Source: an uncultured Verrucomicrobiota bacterium (lineage in GTDB: Bacteria; Verrucomicrobiota; Verrucomicrobiia; Chthoniobacterales; JACTMZ01). Taken from it: DNA of 64,000 nt. Within the stretch, counting starts at the first letter, position 1; every line of letters starts with the position of its first letter. The DNA is taken from contig CAJBKE010000065.1 of NCBI GenBank assembly GCA_903953565.1, positions 2,244-66,243 of the forward strand. The letters run 5' to 3'. The position numbers and the translations under genes are program-made. The notes under the pieces were generated by a model. That model was not told the DNA's origin. It saw only the letters and a list, made by a program, of their open reading frames with translations, and did no database searches. Shown here in pieces: positions 1 to 10,749 of this stretch.

Positions 1-2052
1 GTGCTGACCGTCATCCTCCTTGTCATGGCGCAATATGTCGGCGCCCTACAGGAGAAGGCGTTCTTCCGCATGGTCGGCACGGTCGTCGGCGGCGTGCTGG
101 GCTACCTCGCCACCGGGGCGTGGCAACAGTCGCCATTGCTCTACTTGGCGACATCCTTCGTCATCGTGGCTTTTTGCGTGGCCATGTTCAGCCAATCGCG
201 CGCGCCTTACGCGTTTTTCCTGACCGGACTGACCTACATCGTCATCGCCTCGAGCGGCCAGGCGCGGCCCGACATGTCGTGGTCCTTCGCACTGGCCCGC
301 ATCGAGGAAGTGCTGCTCGGCGTGATCGCCAGCGTCGTTGTGCAAAGCCTCGTCTTCCCGCGCTACGCCAACCGCGATTTTGTCACCCAACTCCGGCTGT
401 GCTTCGGCGAACTGGCGGACGCCACCCGGCAAACCGGCGCGGTCTTTCGCGGCAACGACACCGGTCTGGCCGAAGCACTGCACGACTTCCCGACCCGCGC
501 GTCCCAAATGCGCACTCTCCTGCGCTTCGGCGCCCGCGAAAGCCGCTTCTTCCGCCGCGACATGGCGTCCTTCGCGCAAATTGTCAGCCACGTGGTGCGT
601 GCCGCGAATCTTTTGCGCTCGCTCGCATCCGTGCCTGCCGCCCCCGAGCCCTACCGCGACCGGATCGCCGGCCTGGTCGATGATCTCGCAAACCACCTCG
701 GCGACGGATGGGCCATCCTGCAGGAAGGCGGCACGCCGGATGAAGCCTGGAACCGCCACGCCCGCGAGTTGGACAAGAGCATCGATGAATCCGTGGCCTC
801 GCTGCGCGGCGATCCGGCCGCCGAGAGCATCGCACCGCAGGTCACCGGCAACCTGTCGACCCATCTTCTGACCTTGCGCGAACTGCAAGACACTCTGCGC
901 GAGGTCGCCCGGTTGTCCTCGGAAACTGCGGAGGAAACGGACCGCCCTACCAACCTGGCCCTCGCCCCGACGTGGCCCGATGGCATGTGGATCCGTCACG
1001 GACTGCGCGCTGCACTGGCCACCGTCATTGCCTTGGTGCTGGTCAATTGGCTCTCCCCGCCCGGCGGCAATCTCATGGTGCTCGGCGCGTTTGTTTTCAC
1101 CGCGATGAACGCGCTGAGTCCGGAAGGCTCCGGCGACCGCGGCGCGTTCCGTTATGTGGTTATCTTCACCCTCGCTCTCGCCGGGACCGCCCTGGCCCTT
1201 ATCGCCGGCACGCCGCTCCTCGCCAGCTACACCGTGCTCAACATCATGATGGCCACGTGGCTGTTCTTGCTTGGTTATTGGATGCACGACCGCGGAGGTG
1301 TCACCGTGCCCGTGCAGGTGTCTTTCCTGCTTCTGGTTTCCATCCTCAGCCTCAACGCGCAGGTGCCCGTGCCATTCCAAAAAATCACCGGCACGTTTTT
1401 CGGTTTGGTCAACGGACTGCTCCTCGCCGCCGTGGTACAGCGTCTGCTCTGGCCCGTGCTGCCGCAGCGGCAACTGCAGCGCCGCGTAGTCTTCGTCCTG
1501 CGCACCGTGGCCTCGAGCCTTCATGAAGGGTTCGATCACTTGCCGCTCTGGCAAAGGACGCGCCTCGGCCTCATGCCCTCGCAAGCCCGCGGCTACATCC
1601 GGGCCATGCAGGGTCCGACGTTGCCGCCCGCGCAAGCCGAGCGTCTCGGCAAGTTTGTCCTGACCCTGCAGCAACTCACCGGCGAAATCGCCCTCTGCAC
1701 CGCGCGATTGCGTCCGATTCTTCCGGACGACCTACGCGCTTCCATCGAGGCCCCGTTGTCCGCAGTGCAAAGCACGCTGGCCGACGGACTGGAAAATCTC
1801 GCGTCGTCCTTCGAAACGATGTCCATCCCCGCCGATCTGACCCCGCGCATCGACGCCACATTGGCCCGCTGGGACACCACCATCGTGCAACTCCGCGCCG
1901 ATCTGATCGCCCGCGGCAAAGATCCCGCGGAACTCATCCGACCCTTGGGCCAAGCGGCCCGCTACCGCGCCGCCCTCGTCCTTTTGGGCCGAGCCTTTGA
2001 TGAAGCGCGATCGCTGAAACTGTCCGACTACATGGGGGATGTGGCGTTGTAG
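1..2052 (+). CDS. FUSC / aromatic acid exporter family membrane protein (probably 5'-truncated by the window edge)
   Basis: Two hydrophobic helix clusters with FUSC-like motifs (RMVGTVVGGVLG, ARIEEVLLGV...VFP, RHGLRAALA, RLLWP) separated by soluble helical regions. Confidence 0.75.
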   Translation: MLTVILLVMAQYVGALQEKAFFRMVGTVVGGVLGYLATGAWQQSPLLYLATSFVIVAFCVAMFSQSRAPYAFFLTGLTYIVIASSGQARPDMSWSFALARIEEVLLGVIASVVVQSLVFPRYANRDFVTQLRLCFGELADATRQTGAVFRGNDTGLAEALHDFPTRASQMRTLLRFGARESRFFRRDMASFAQIVSHVVRAANLLRSLASVPAAPEPYRDRIAGLVDDLANHLGDGWAILQEGGTPDEAWNRHARELDKSIDESVASLRGDPAAESIAPQVTGNLSTHLLTLRELQDTLREVARLSSETAEETDRPTNLALAPTWPDGMWIRHGLRAALATVIALVLVNWLSPPGGNLMVLGAFVFTAMNALSPEGSGDRGAFRYVVIFTLALAGTALALIAGTPLLASYTVLNIMMATWLFLLGYWMHDRGGVTVPVQVSFLLLVSILSLNAQVPVPFQKITGTFFGLVNGLLLAAVVQRLLWPVLPQRQLQRRVVFVLRTVASSLHEGFDHLPLWQRTRLGLMPSQARGYIRAMQGPTLPPAQAERLGKFVLTLQQLTGEIALCTARLRPILPDDLRASIEAPLSAVQSTLADGLENLASSFETMSIPADLTPRIDATLARWDTTIVQLRADLIARGKDPAELIRPLGQAARYRAALVLLGRAFDEARSLKLSDYMGDVAL

Positions 2053-2076
2053 TGGCGGTTCGGACTTTGATCGTGG

Positions 2077-2143
2077 GGTGGATCGCGATGTCCTCATCGC
2101 GATTTCCTCAATGAATAATCGCGCCGGGACGGCGCGATCCACC
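2077..2143. repeat. REPIN-like element, GTGG family, copy 1
   Basis: GGTGG-ATCGCGATG-tcct-CATCGCGAT, spacer, ATCGCGCC-gggac-GGCGCGAT-CCACC: two inverted GTGG-tagged hairpins; five copies in the window. Confidence 0.9.
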
Positions 2144-2160
2144 TGCACAGCTTTTTGAGG

Positions 2161-2185
2161 TTGTAGCGGCGGTCTGTGACCGTCG
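2161..2185 (+). repeat. GTAG-type REP hairpin
   Basis: GTAG-CGGCGGTC-tgt-GACCGTCG; the first 14 nt (ttgtagcggcggtc) recur at 48691. Confidence 0.6.
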
Positions 2186-2223
2186 GTGCCTTTATGAATT
2201 TGTGGTCCGACGCATACAAAAGA

Positions 2224-2248
2224 AAATCGCGCCGGGATGGCGCGATTT
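2224..2248. repeat. Solo half-copy of the GTGG-family hairpin; may act as the terminator downstream of rpsD
   Basis: AAATCGCGCC-gggat-GGCGCGATTT, 25 nt beyond the rpsD stop; on the minus strand it is followed by a U-rich tract. Confidence 0.6.
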
Positions 2249-2273
2249 GCTTTGGTGACTGCGGAAGTTTTCT

Positions 2274-2885
2274 TTAGCGCGAGTAGAGTTCGACGACGAG
2301 CTGCTCGTTGACCACCGGGGCGATTTCCTCGCGGGTCGGGATGCGGCTGACGGTGCCGCTGAAGTTGTCGCGGTCCACCACGAGCCAATCGGGCACGGAG
2401 CGGATTTGCGTGGCTTCCATCTGGCGGGCAGCCAAGGCACGGGGCTTGGGCGAATCCTTGATCGTGATCACATCGCCGGGTTTGACGTTGGCCGAGGAGA
2501 TGTCGTTTTTGCGTCCGTTGATCTGCACGTGTCCGTGCGCCACCATCTGACGGGCGGCGGTGCGGGTGCGGGCGAAGCCGAGGCGGTAGACGACATTGTC
2601 CAGACGGGTTTCGAGCAATTGGAGCAGGGTCACGCCGGTGATGCCGCGGCGGGAAAGCGCGGTTTCGAAGTAGCGGCGGAACTGGCGCTCAAGCACTCCG
2701 TATTGCGCTTTGAGCTTCTGCTTCTCGAGGAGGGCGAGGCCGTATTCCGAGGTCTTGCGGCGCATGCCTTTTTGTCCGTGCATGCCCGGCGGGTAGCTGC
2801 GGCGCTCGAAATGCTTGGGCGAGCCGACGAGGAAAATGCCGAAGCGGCGGCTCAGTTTGGTTTTGGGTCCGGTGTAACGTGCCAT
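2274..2885 (-). CDS. rpsD: 30S ribosomal protein S4
   Basis: MARYTGPK, PPGMHG, LETRLDNVVYRLG, VVELYSR. Confidence 0.98.
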   Translation of the reverse strand: MARYTGPKTKLSRRFGIFLVGSPKHFERRSYPPGMHGQKGMRRKTSEYGLALLEKQKLKAQYGVLERQFRRYFETALSRRGITGVTLLQLLETRLDNVVYRLGFARTRTAARQMVAHGHVQINGRKNDISSANVKPGDVITIKDSPKPRALAARQMEATQIRSVPDWLVVDRDNFSGTVSRIPTREEIAPVVNEQLVVELYSR

Positions 2886-2930
2886 GGGAAAAGTTTACAG
2901 TGGTTCAGTTTTCAGTTTTCAGCCGGAGCA

Positions 2931-3608
2931 TTACACGCGGCGGGCTTTGGGTGGACGGCAGCCGTTGTGGGGGACGGGGGTGACGTCTTTTATGACAGTG
3001 ATTTCGAGGCCGATGGCTTGGAGGGCGCGGATGGCGGATTCGCGTCCGGCACCCGGACCTTTGACGCGGACTTCGACTTCTTTGAGTCCGTGTCCCATGG
3101 CTTGGCGGGCGGCGTCCTGCGCCACGAGCTGGGCGGCGTAGGCCGTGCTTTTGCGCGAGCCTTTGAAGCCGACTTTGCCGGCACTGGAGGCACCGAGGAC
3201 GGCGCCACGTTGGTCGGTGATACTGACGATGGTGTTGTTGAACGTGGCGAGCACGTGGGCGATGCCCTGCAGGATGTTTTTGCTGCCCTTCGCTTTGACC
3301 ACTTTGGCCGGGGCGATCGGGGCGTCGAGCGAGAGCATGTCGTCGACCGGCGCCGCGGTGGCTTCGGCCGCTTTGGCTTCGCCTTCTTTTTTCTTGGCCG
3401 TTTTACCCTTGGCCGCTTTGGGCTTGGCCGCTTTTTTCTCGGCGGCGGGTTTCGCTTCGGCGGTGCCTTCGGCTTTCACTTCAGCGGCAACCTCCTCCTT
3501 GGCCTCGACCGCTTTGGTCTCGGCGGCCTCGGGGTGGTGGGCGGCAGTTTCCTCTTTGCGGCGTGCGTCCTGGGATTCGCCGAGAGTTTCTTTTTTTTCG
3601 TCGCTCAT
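2931..3608 (-). CDS. rpsK: 30S ribosomal protein S11 with long N-terminal extension
   Basis: [40 protein letters not shown]. Confidence 0.97.
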   Translation of the reverse strand: MSDEKKETLGESQDARRKEETAAHHPEAAETKAVEAKEEVAAEVKAEGTAEAKPAAEKKAAKPKAAKGKTAKKKEGEAKAAEATAAPVDDMLSLDAPIAPAKVVKAKGSKNILQGIAHVLATFNNTIVSITDQRGAVLGASSAGKVGFKGSRKSTAYAAQLVAQDAARQAMGHGLKEVEVRVKGPGAGRESAIRALQAIGLEITVIKDVTPVPHNGCRPPKARRV

Positions 3609-3620
3609 ACTTCGTAGGGA

Positions 3621-4016
3621 TTAGACTTTGCCGGCTTTGGCGTCGGGGTTTTTCTGCACGCCGACTGTCTTGCGCGGACCCTTGCGGGTGCGGGCGTTGG
3701 TGGAGGTGCGCTGTCCGCGCACGGGGAGTCCGCGGCGGTGACGGATGCCGCGGTAGCAATTGATGGCCTGGAGGCGCTTGAGGTTGCCCTGCAACTCGCG
3801 GCGCAGGTCGCCTTCGATGAGGACGCCGTTGTTGCCGATGATGTGGACGATCTGCGAGATCTGCTCGGGCGAGAGGTCCTTGGCGCGGGTGTTCGGATCG
3901 ATGGAAGCTTCGGCCAAGACACGTTTGGCGATGGTCGGCCCGATGCCGTAGATATACGGCAGGGATGCTTCGATGCGTTTGTTGGGCGGGATTTCAACCC
4001 CGAGGAGGCGTGGCAT
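3621..4016 (-). CDS. rpsM: 30S ribosomal protein S13
   Basis: [37 protein letters not shown]; start moved to the ATG at 4016. Confidence 0.97.
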   Translation of the reverse strand: MPRLLGVEIPPNKRIEASLPYIYGIGPTIAKRVLAEASIDPNTRAKDLSPEQISQIVHIIGNNGVLIEGDLRRELQGNLKRLQAINCYRGIRHRRGLPVRGQRTSTNARTRKGPRKTVGVQKNPDAKAGKV

Positions 4017-4023
4017 AAGCGTG

Positions 4024-4137
4024 TTATCCTTGTCTTTGTTTGTGGCGCGGGTTTTTGCAAACCACACGAACGACGTTGTTGCGCCGGATGATCCGGCATC
4101 CTTCGCAAAGGCGTTTGACTGAAGCTCTGACTTTCAT
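4024..4137 (-). CDS. rpmJ: 50S ribosomal protein L36 (37 aa, Zn-ribbon form; absent from the ORF track)
   Basis: Manual translation: [37 protein letters not shown]. Confidence 0.97.
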   Translation of the reverse strand: MKVRASVKRLCEGCRIIRRNNVVRVVCKNPRHKQRQG

Positions 4138-4149
4138 GGTTTGGTTCTT

Positions 4150-4368
4150 CTATTTCTTTCGGAAGGTGATGCGTCCTTTGCTCAAGTCGTATGGAGACAA
4201 CTCGAGCATGACCTTGTCACCCGGCAAAATGCGAATGAAGTGCAGGCGCATCTTGCCCGAGATGTGCGCGAGAATGCGGTGTCCGTTGGGCAATTCCACG
4301 CGGAACATCGTATTCGGCAACAACTCGACAACCTTGCCTTCTACTTCAATAGCGTCTTTTTTCGCCAT
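4150..4368 (-). CDS. infA: Translation initiation factor IF-1
   Basis: [11 protein letters not shown]...[10 protein letters not shown]...SGKMR...SPYDL. Confidence 0.98.
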   Translation of the reverse strand: MAKKDAIEVEGKVVELLPNTMFRVELPNGHRILAHISGKMRLHFIRILPGDKVMLELSPYDLSKGRITFRKK

Positions 4369-5105
4369 GTCAAAACTTCTGGTTCATCTTTTGTAACCAG
4401 CACGGTGTGTTCAAAATGCGCCGATGGGAGGCCGTCGGCCGTGACCACGGTCCATTTGTCGTCCAGGACCCGGACGCCGCTGGCCCCCATATTGATCATC
4501 GGCTCGATGGCCAGGGTCATGCCGGCCTTCAGTTTCGGACCCCGGCCGGGCTTGCCGTAATTCGGAATTTGAGGGTCCTCATGCAATTTGCGCCCCACCC
4601 CGTGGCCGACAAATTCACGGACCACCGAATACCCCCGGGCCAGGGCGGCCTGTTCGATGAACGAAGAAATGTCCCCCACCCGGCGGCCTTGGGTCACGTG
4701 CGGGATGACATCGCGCAGGATGCGGGCGGTGTCCTCGACGAGGCGGTCCACTTTGGGCGGAACCACGCCGATGCGGATGGTCGTGGCATTGTCGCCGATC
4801 CAGCCGTTTTTGTTCACCCCGACGTCGAGTTTGACGATGTCGCCGTAAGCGAGACGGCGGTCGCCGCCGATGCCGTGGACAACTTCCTCGTTCACGGAGA
4901 TGCAGAGTTGTCCGGGAAATTTGCGGTAGCCGAGGAAGGCGCTCTTCGCTCCGGCCTCGGCGATGAACTGCGCGCAGGCATCGTCGATATCGCGCGTGCT
5001 CATGCCCGGCGTGACCAGATTTTCCAACTTGTCGAGAACCTCGGCGGCCACGCGGCAGGCCGTCCTCATCGCGTCGATCTCACGCTCGTTCTTGATCGGG
5101 ATCAT
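4341..5105 (-). CDS. map: Methionine aminopeptidase type I
   Basis: [38 protein letters not shown]; start at MIPIKNERE. Confidence 0.95.
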   Translation of the reverse strand: MIPIKNEREIDAMRTACRVAAEVLDKLENLVTPGMSTRDIDDACAQFIAEAGAKSAFLGYRKFPGQLCISVNEEVVHGIGGDRRLAYGDIVKLDVGVNKNGWIGDNATTIRIGVVPPKVDRLVEDTARILRDVIPHVTQGRRVGDISSFIEQAALARGYSVVREFVGHGVGRKLHEDPQIPNYGKPGRGPKLKAGMTLAIEPMINMGASGVRVLDDKWTVVTADGLPSAHFEHTVLVTKDEPEVLTWRKKTLLK

Positions 5106-5151
5106 CGACGACAGGAAAGGAATACTGCGGAACACGCGACGAAGGGGCGGA

Positions 5152-6654
5152 CTATTTGCCGCTGGCGAGGTAAGCGGCCGTGCCACCGATGACGAGGATG
5201 CCGAGGGCCACCCAGAGCCAGACGAGCGCGTTCGAGGAAATGACGTTTCCGGCACCACCTGCGGTGCGCTCGAATCGTCCGCGGATTTTCCCGCGGCGCA
5301 AGAAGCCATCATAGTGACGCTGGAGCAGATACGTTTCCACTTGGCGCATGGTGTCGAGCGTGACGCCGACAATGATGAGCAGACCCGTGCCGCCGAAGAA
5401 CTGCGCGGTCATGTAGGGGACATTCATGCTCTCGGTGAGCATCTGCGGCAGGATGGCGATGACAGTGAGGAAGATGGCGCCGGCGAAGGTCAGGCGCGTC
5501 ATGGTGTAGTCGAGGAAATCGGCCGTCGGTTTGCCGGGACGCACGCCGGGAATGAACCCGCCGTATTTCTTGAGATCGTCGGCGATTTGCGCGGGCTGGA
5601 ATTGCGTGGCCACCCAGAAATAGCTGAAGAAGAAAATCATCGCGCCGAAGAGCGTGTAGTAGAGCCAGCCGCTGGCCAGCATGGCGGACAACTCGTTGGC
5701 CCAGCGCTGCGTGGGGAAGGCCATGCTGAGGATGGTCGAGGGGAAGAGAAGAATGGCCTGCGCAAAGATGATCGGCATGACGCCCGCGTAGTTGACCTTG
5801 AGCGGCATGTATTGCGTCTGTCCGCCGTAGACTTTGCGACCTACGACACGCTTGGCGTATTGCACGCTGATACGGCGGGTGGCTTGGGTCACGGCAATGA
5901 CCGCGGCGATGACAATGATGAGGAAAGCAATAAGGAGAACGAGGACGACCGGGCTGACCGGGGCCGCTTCGCCGCCGGACGGCACGAAGGTGCGCCAGGC
6001 TTGGATCAAACCGGCGGGCAACTGGGCGAGGATGCCGACGGTGATGATGATGGAAATGCCGTTGCCGATGCCGCGCTCGGTGATTTGGTCACCGAGCCAG
6101 ACGAGGAACATGGTTCCCGCGGTGAGCGTGATGACGGTGAGCAGACGGAAGCCGAGACCCGGATCGGAAACGAGCGGCATGCCGAGCCGGTTGATCGTGT
6201 CCATGATCCCCGGCAGGAAAGGATTCGACTCGGGGCTCTCGAAGGAGAGCGCGAGCAGATAGCCCTGGAACAAGCAGAGAATGATGGTGACGTAGCGGGT
6301 GTATTGGGAAATTTTCTGGCGTCCGCCGTCCTCACGGGAGAGGCGTCCGAGTTTCGGGATGACCGCAGTCATGAGCTGCATCATGATCGATGCGCTGATG
6401 AAAGGCATGATGCCGAGGGCAAAGATGGCGCAGTTGCCGAGCGCGCCGCCGCTGAAAAGGTTGAAGAGAGCCGCCACACCGCCGCCGGCTTGGGCGTCGG
6501 CCACATTGAGGAACCACTGGCGCAGGACTTCCGCGTTGATGCCCGGGGTCGAGATGACCGAGCCGGCACGCACGATGACGATCATGGCCAGCACGAAGAG
6601 CACGCGCTGGCGCAGTTCCGGGATTTTGAAGATGTTGGTGAAGGCGGAGATCAT
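5152..6654 (-). CDS. secY: Preprotein translocase SecY
   Basis: FALGIMPFISASI, ITERGIGNGIS, PLKVNYAGVMPIIFA, FIPGVRPG, GGTGLLIIVGV. Confidence 0.98.
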   Translation of the reverse strand: MISAFTNIFKIPELRQRVLFVLAMIVIVRAGSVISTPGINAEVLRQWFLNVADAQAGGGVAALFNLFSGGALGNCAIFALGIMPFISASIMMQLMTAVIPKLGRLSREDGGRQKISQYTRYVTIILCLFQGYLLALSFESPESNPFLPGIMDTINRLGMPLVSDPGLGFRLLTVITLTAGTMFLVWLGDQITERGIGNGISIIITVGILAQLPAGLIQAWRTFVPSGGEAAPVSPVVLVLLIAFLIIVIAAVIAVTQATRRISVQYAKRVVGRKVYGGQTQYMPLKVNYAGVMPIIFAQAILLFPSTILSMAFPTQRWANELSAMLASGWLYYTLFGAMIFFFSYFWVATQFQPAQIADDLKKYGGFIPGVRPGKPTADFLDYTMTRLTFAGAIFLTVIAILPQMLTESMNVPYMTAQFFGGTGLLIIVGVTLDTMRQVETYLLQRHYDGFLRRGKIRGRFERTAGGAGNVISSNALVWLWVALGILVIGGTAAYLASGK

Positions 6655-6718
6655 GGGCAGCTGATCAGAATCGATTCGTCGCCGGGTGTTCCGCCTTTTC
6701 CACCGCGCTCATTCTCGC

Positions 6719-7159
6719 TCAGGAAATCGTGCCGCCGGCGGCTTCGATCTTGCGTTTGGCCGCTTCGCTGAACTTCGCACCGGTGATGGTGACTTTCTTG
6801 GTCAACTCGCCACGGGCGAGGATTTTCACGCCGTCGATCGTGCCGCGCACGAGGCCTGCTTTGCGCAGGGCGTTCTCATCGACCGTCGCGCCGTCGGCAA
6901 ACTCGTCGTTGAGATCGTGGAGATTGACGACCGCGATGCGGAGCTTGAAGGCCGCGTTGTTGAATCCGCGCTTGGGCAAGCGGCGGATGAGCGGCATCTG
7001 TCCGCCCTCAAAGCCGAGACGGATGCTGCCGCCGGAGCGGGCCTTCTGTCCCTTGTGTCCCTTGCCGCTGGTTTTTCCGGTGCCCGAGCTTTCGCCGGAG
7101 CCGAGACGTTTGCGGCGTTTTTTGGCGCCGGGCCGGGGTGAGAGATTGTGCAGTCGCAT
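6719..7159 (-). CDS. rplO: 50S ribosomal protein L15
   Basis: [33 protein letters not shown]. Confidence 0.98.
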   Translation of the reverse strand: MRLHNLSPRPGAKKRRKRLGSGESSGTGKTSGKGHKGQKARSGGSIRLGFEGGQMPLIRRLPKRGFNNAAFKLRIAVVNLHDLNDEFADGATVDENALRKAGLVRGTIDGVKILARGELTKKVTITGAKFSEAAKRKIEAAGGTIS

Positions 7160-7164
7160 GGTCG

Positions 7165-7734
7165 TCAGGCAGTGGCCACTTCAAGAGCGGCTTCCGCTTT
7201 GGTGGGCTTGGTTTTGATGCCGCGCACGCGGAAGATTTCTTCGCGCGGACGGAGTTTGGAAAGAGCTTCGAGGGTGGCCTTGACCACGTTGGCGTGGTTG
7301 TTCGAGCCGAGCGATTTGGCCAGCACGTCGCGGATACCGACCGCTTCGCACACGGCACGCACGCCGCCGCCGGCGATGATGCCGGTGCCGGGCGAGGCCG
7401 GACGGAGCAGGACGCGGCCGCCGCCGAATTCGCCGGTCACTTCGTGCGGAATGGTATTCTGCGCGAGCGAGAAATTTTTCATCGCCTTGCGCGCGGAGTC
7501 GGAGGCTTTGCGGATGGCCTCGCTCACTTCCTTGGCTTTGCCGAAACCGCAACCGACGCGGCCCTTGTGATCGCCGGTGACGATAAGCGCGCTGAAGCTG
7601 AAGCGGCGTCCGCCCTTCACGACTTTGGCGCAGCGGTTGATGAAGACGACTTTCTCGACCGTATCGGACGGTTCTTTCGGTTCTTTGGGTCCGCGATTGT
7701 CGCGGCGTCCGGTGTTGCGTGCGTTAGGAGGCAT
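7165..7734 (-). CDS. rpsE: 30S ribosomal protein S5
   Basis: [28 protein letters not shown]; start at MPPNARN. Confidence 0.97.
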   Translation of the reverse strand: MPPNARNTGRRDNRGPKEPKEPSDTVEKVVFINRCAKVVKGGRRFSFSALIVTGDHKGRVGCGFGKAKEVSEAIRKASDSARKAMKNFSLAQNTIPHEVTGEFGGGRVLLRPASPGTGIIAGGGVRAVCEAVGIRDVLAKSLGSNNHANVVKATLEALSKLRPREEIFRVRGIKTKPTKAEAALEVATA

Positions 7735-7741
7735 GATGTTT

Positions 7742-8086
7742 TTAGAATTCGAGGCCGGCTTCGCGCGCGGCATCGGCAAGGGCTTTGACTTTGCCCATGT
7801 ATTGGAAGCCGCCACGGTCGAAGACGACTTTGGAAATGGATTTCTTTTTGGCGCGGTCGGCCACCAGTTTGCCCACGGTCTGGGCGTTGGCCACGTTGGC
7901 CCCGGCTTTGGCCGCTTTTTCCTGCGTGCTGGCCGCGGCGATGGTCACGCCTTTGGCGTCGTCGATGACCTGCGCGCGGATGTGGCGGCCGGAGAAGTTG
8001 ACCGCAAGGCGCGGACGTTCGGCGGTGCCGGCGACTTTTTTCCGGATACGCGTGTGGCGGATTTTGATGCTGTCGTGGCGTGTCAT
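7742..8086 (-). CDS. rplR: 50S ribosomal protein L18
   Basis: [35 protein letters not shown]. Confidence 0.98.
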   Translation of the reverse strand: MTRHDSIKIRHTRIRKKVAGTAERPRLAVNFSGRHIRAQVIDDAKGVTIAAASTQEKAAKAGANVANAQTVGKLVADRAKKKSISKVVFDRGGFQYMGKVKALADAAREAGLEF

Positions 8087-8091
8087 GGCGA

Positions 8092-8631
8092 TTACTGGAC
8101 GGTTTTGCCTTCCTTGCGGCGGACTTGCTCGTCGGAGTAGCGCACGCCTTTGCCCTTGTAGGGTTCCGGCGGGTAGTAGGCGCGGATATTGGCCGCGACT
8201 TGACCGACCAATTGGCGGTCGATGCCCTCGATGACGAGTTTGGTGTTCTCGTTGACCGTGATCTTGATGTCCTTCGGGATGTCGAAGACAACGGGGTGCG
8301 AGAAACCGAGCGAAAGATTGAGTTTTTGTCCCTGCACGGCGGCCTTGAAGCCGACGCCCTGGATTTCGAGGTTGCGGGTGAAGCCGGTGTTCACGCCGGT
8401 CACCATGTTGTTGAGGAGGGCGCGGGCCAGACCGTGCAAGGCGCGGACTTGGCGGTTCTCGGACTTGCGCTCGAGCGTGAGCGTTTCGCCTTCGACTTTG
8501 CCCTCGATGCCCTCGGGCAATTGCCAGGAAAGTTTGCCTTTCGGTCCTTCGACCTGCACGGAGCGGTCGGGCGAAAGATTGACCTTCACCTTGGCGGGAA
8601 GCGTGACGGGTTTGTTGCCGATGCGTGACAT
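8092..8631 (-). CDS. rplF: 50S ribosomal protein L6
   Basis: [20 protein letters not shown]; AGGAGG Shine-Dalgarno upstream. Confidence 0.98.
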   Translation of the reverse strand: MSRIGNKPVTLPAKVKVNLSPDRSVQVEGPKGKLSWQLPEGIEGKVEGETLTLERKSENRQVRALHGLARALLNNMVTGVNTGFTRNLEIQGVGFKAAVQGQKLNLSLGFSHPVVFDIPKDIKITVNENTKLVIEGIDRQLVGQVAANIRAYYPPEPYKGKGVRYSDEQVRRKEGKTVQ

Positions 8632-8644
8632 GATGCGTTCCTCC

Positions 8645-9037
8645 TTACCAAACAAAGGCGAGTAATTCGCCGCCGACTTTCTGGCGGCGCGCTTCGCGTC
8701 CGCTGAGCACGCCGCGAGGCGTGGAAATGATGGAAATGCCCATGCCGCCGAGGACGCGCGGAATTTCTTCGGCCCCGACATAACGGCGCAGGCCGGGACG
8801 GCTGACGCGCTTGAGTCCGGTGATGGCCGGGGTTTTGTCGGCGTATTTGTTGACGATGCGCAGTTGCGGTTTGCCTTCCGACTTCACTTCGAAATCGGTG
8901 ATGTAGCCTTCCTTTTTGAGGATGGCGGCGAGGTCGGCCTTGATGCGCGAGTAGGGCACGAGCAACTCGGCCTTGCGGGCGCGGCTGGCGTTGCGCAGGC
9001 GGGTGAGAAGGTCGGCGATGGGATCGTTGGAGGTCAT
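8645..9037 (-). CDS. rpsH: 30S ribosomal protein S8
   Basis: [29 protein letters not shown]. Confidence 0.98.
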   Translation of the reverse strand: MTSNDPIADLLTRLRNASRARKAELLVPYSRIKADLAAILKKEGYITDFEVKSEGKPQLRIVNKYADKTPAITGLKRVSRPGLRRYVGAEEIPRVLGGMGISIISTPRGVLSGREARRQKVGGELLAFVW

Positions 9038-9606
9038 CAGGATGCTTTGGCGGCGGGTTTGGCGCGGTCGGTGAACGGCATGCCGAGTTCGCCGAGGAGC
9101 GACTTGGCCTCCTCGTCGGTGCTGGCCGTGGTGACAATGGTCACATCGAAGCCGATGTTGCGCTTGATTTTATCGAGTTCGATCTCGGGGAAAATGCTCT
9201 GGTCGGGCACGCCGAGGGTGTAGTTGCCGTTGCCGTCGAAGGCTTTCGGGGAGATGCCCCGGAAGTCGCGGATTTTCGGCAGCGCGGTTTTGATCAGGCG
9301 CTCGAGGAATTCGTACATGATGCGTCCGCGCAGGGTGACCTTGGCGCCGATCGGTTGCTCTTTGCGTAGCTTGAAGTTCGAAATGGCCTTCTTCGATTTG
9401 GTGCGCACGGGCGTCTGGCCGGTGATGGTTTTAAGTTCGGTCACCGCTATTTCCAGCGCTTCTTTGGTGTCCGGCGACGAACCGATCGACGTGTTGATCA
9501 CGACTTTCGAGACGCGGGGGATCTGGTGCAGGTTGGTGTAGCCGTGCTTGGTCTTGAGCGCGGGCACCACCTTGGCGGTGTATTCTTTGTAGAGTTCGAC
9601 TTCCAT
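9037..9606 (-). CDS. rplE: 50S ribosomal protein L5
   Basis: [30 protein letters not shown]. Confidence 0.98.
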   Translation of the reverse strand: MEVELYKEYTAKVVPALKTKHGYTNLHQIPRVSKVVINTSIGSSPDTKEALEIAVTELKTITGQTPVRTKSKKAISNFKLRKEQPIGAKVTLRGRIMYEFLERLIKTALPKIRDFRGISPKAFDGNGNYTLGVPDQSIFPEIELDKIKRNIGFDVTIVTTASTDEEAKSLLGELGMPFTDRAKPAAKAS

Positions 9607-9609
9607 GGG

Positions 9610-9891
9610 TTACTTCGCCTTGGCCTTGGTTTTCGGCTTGGCGTCCTCCTTCTTGGCGGCTTCGACCCGCTTGACGTTGGAAATGTGGACCGGGCCCTCT
9701 TTCTGCACGATGGCACCGTTGGGGTGCTCCTGCGATTTGCGGGTGTGCTTCTTGATCATGCGCACGCCCTCGATGAGGACCTGGTTTTTGCCGCGGATGA
9801 CCTGCAGGACCTTGCCTTCGGCGCCCCGGTGGTTGCCGGTGACGACGCGGACGATGTCGTTCTTATTGACGTGGGTTTTCGCGCGACTCAT
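9610..9891 (-). CDS. rplX: 50S ribosomal protein L24
   Basis: KOW-like start, [16 protein letters not shown]. Confidence 0.96.
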   Translation of the reverse strand: MSRAKTHVNKNDIVRVVTGNHRGAEGKVLQVIRGKNQVLIEGVRMIKKHTRKSQEHPNGAIVQKEGPVHISNVKRVEAAKKEDAKPKTKAKAK

Positions 9892-10253
9892 AGGACCTCC
9901 GGAGCGAGGGAAACGATCTTCATGAAATTTTTCTCGCGCAGTTCGCGGGCCACGGGGCCGAAGATACGGGTGCCGCGCGGGTTGAGATCCTTGTCGATGA
10001 TGACAATGGCGTTGGTGTCGAAGCGCAAGGCGGAGCCGTCGGGCCGCTTGAGCGGCTGGCGGGTGCGGACGATGACGGCGCGGACGACCTCGCCTTTTTT
10101 CACCGTGCCGCCGGGGGATGCTTCTTTCACGTTGGCCGTGATGACATCGCCGACGCGGGCGAAGGCAGATTTTTTGCCGATGACGCCGATCATGGTGGCC
10201 ATGCGGGCGCCGGTGTTGTCGGCGACGTCGAGACGGGAGCGGAGCTGGATCAT
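9888..10253 (-). CDS. rplN: 50S ribosomal protein L14
   Basis: MIQ...[27 protein letters not shown]. Confidence 0.98.
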   Translation of the reverse strand: MIQLRSRLDVADNTGARMATMIGVIGKKSAFARVGDVITANVKEASPGGTVKKGEVVRAVIVRTRQPLKRPDGSALRFDTNAIVIIDKDLNPRGTRIFGPVARELREKNFMKIVSLAPEVL

Positions 10254-10260
10254 GGCGTGC

Positions 10261-10542
10261 TTAGTGTTTGAGGACTTCGACGAGGCGCCAGCGCTTGGTC
10301 TTGCTCAGCGGGCGGGTTTCGGTGATGCGGACTTTGTCGCCGGTCTTGGCCTCGTTCTTTTCGTCGTGGGCGTGGAATTTGGCGGTGTGCTTGACGATCT
10401 TGCCGAAGCGCGGGTGCGGAACGCGGCTGACCGTGCGGACGACGACGGTTTTGTCCATCTTGTCCGAGACGACCTCGCCCACGAGGGTTTTGCGGATCCC
10501 GCGCGATGCGGCGGGGGCGGTGGTGGTGGCGGTGTCGCTCAT
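10261..10542 (-). CDS. rpsQ: 30S ribosomal protein S17
   Basis: [25 protein letters not shown]. Confidence 0.98.
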   Translation of the reverse strand: MSDTATTTAPAASRGIRKTLVGEVVSDKMDKTVVVRTVSRVPHPRFGKIVKHTAKFHAHDEKNEAKTGDKVRITETRPLSKTKRWRLVEVLKH

Positions 10543-10745
10543 GATTTGGCTGCTGCTGCTTTGATTTTCTGCGAGAGGAAGGTTTCCACCCGCGCGGCCT
10601 CGCGGCGCAGGGTGCGGATGAGGGACGGCTTTTCCAGCTGTCCGCTCTGCTGCTGCAAACGGAGGTTGAAAATTTCGTGGCGCAGCTCGCGTTTGCGGCT
10701 GCGGAGTTCATCCGCGCTGAGTTCGGCGATTTCCTTGGTCTTCAT
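10539..10745 (-). CDS. rpmC: 50S ribosomal protein L29
   Basis: EIFNLRLQ...[16 protein letters not shown]; position in the operon. Confidence 0.95.
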   Translation of the reverse strand: MKTKEIAELSADELRSRKRELRHEIFNLRLQQQSGQLEKPSLIRTLRREAARVETFLSQKIKAAAAKS

Positions 10746-10749
10746 GGCG

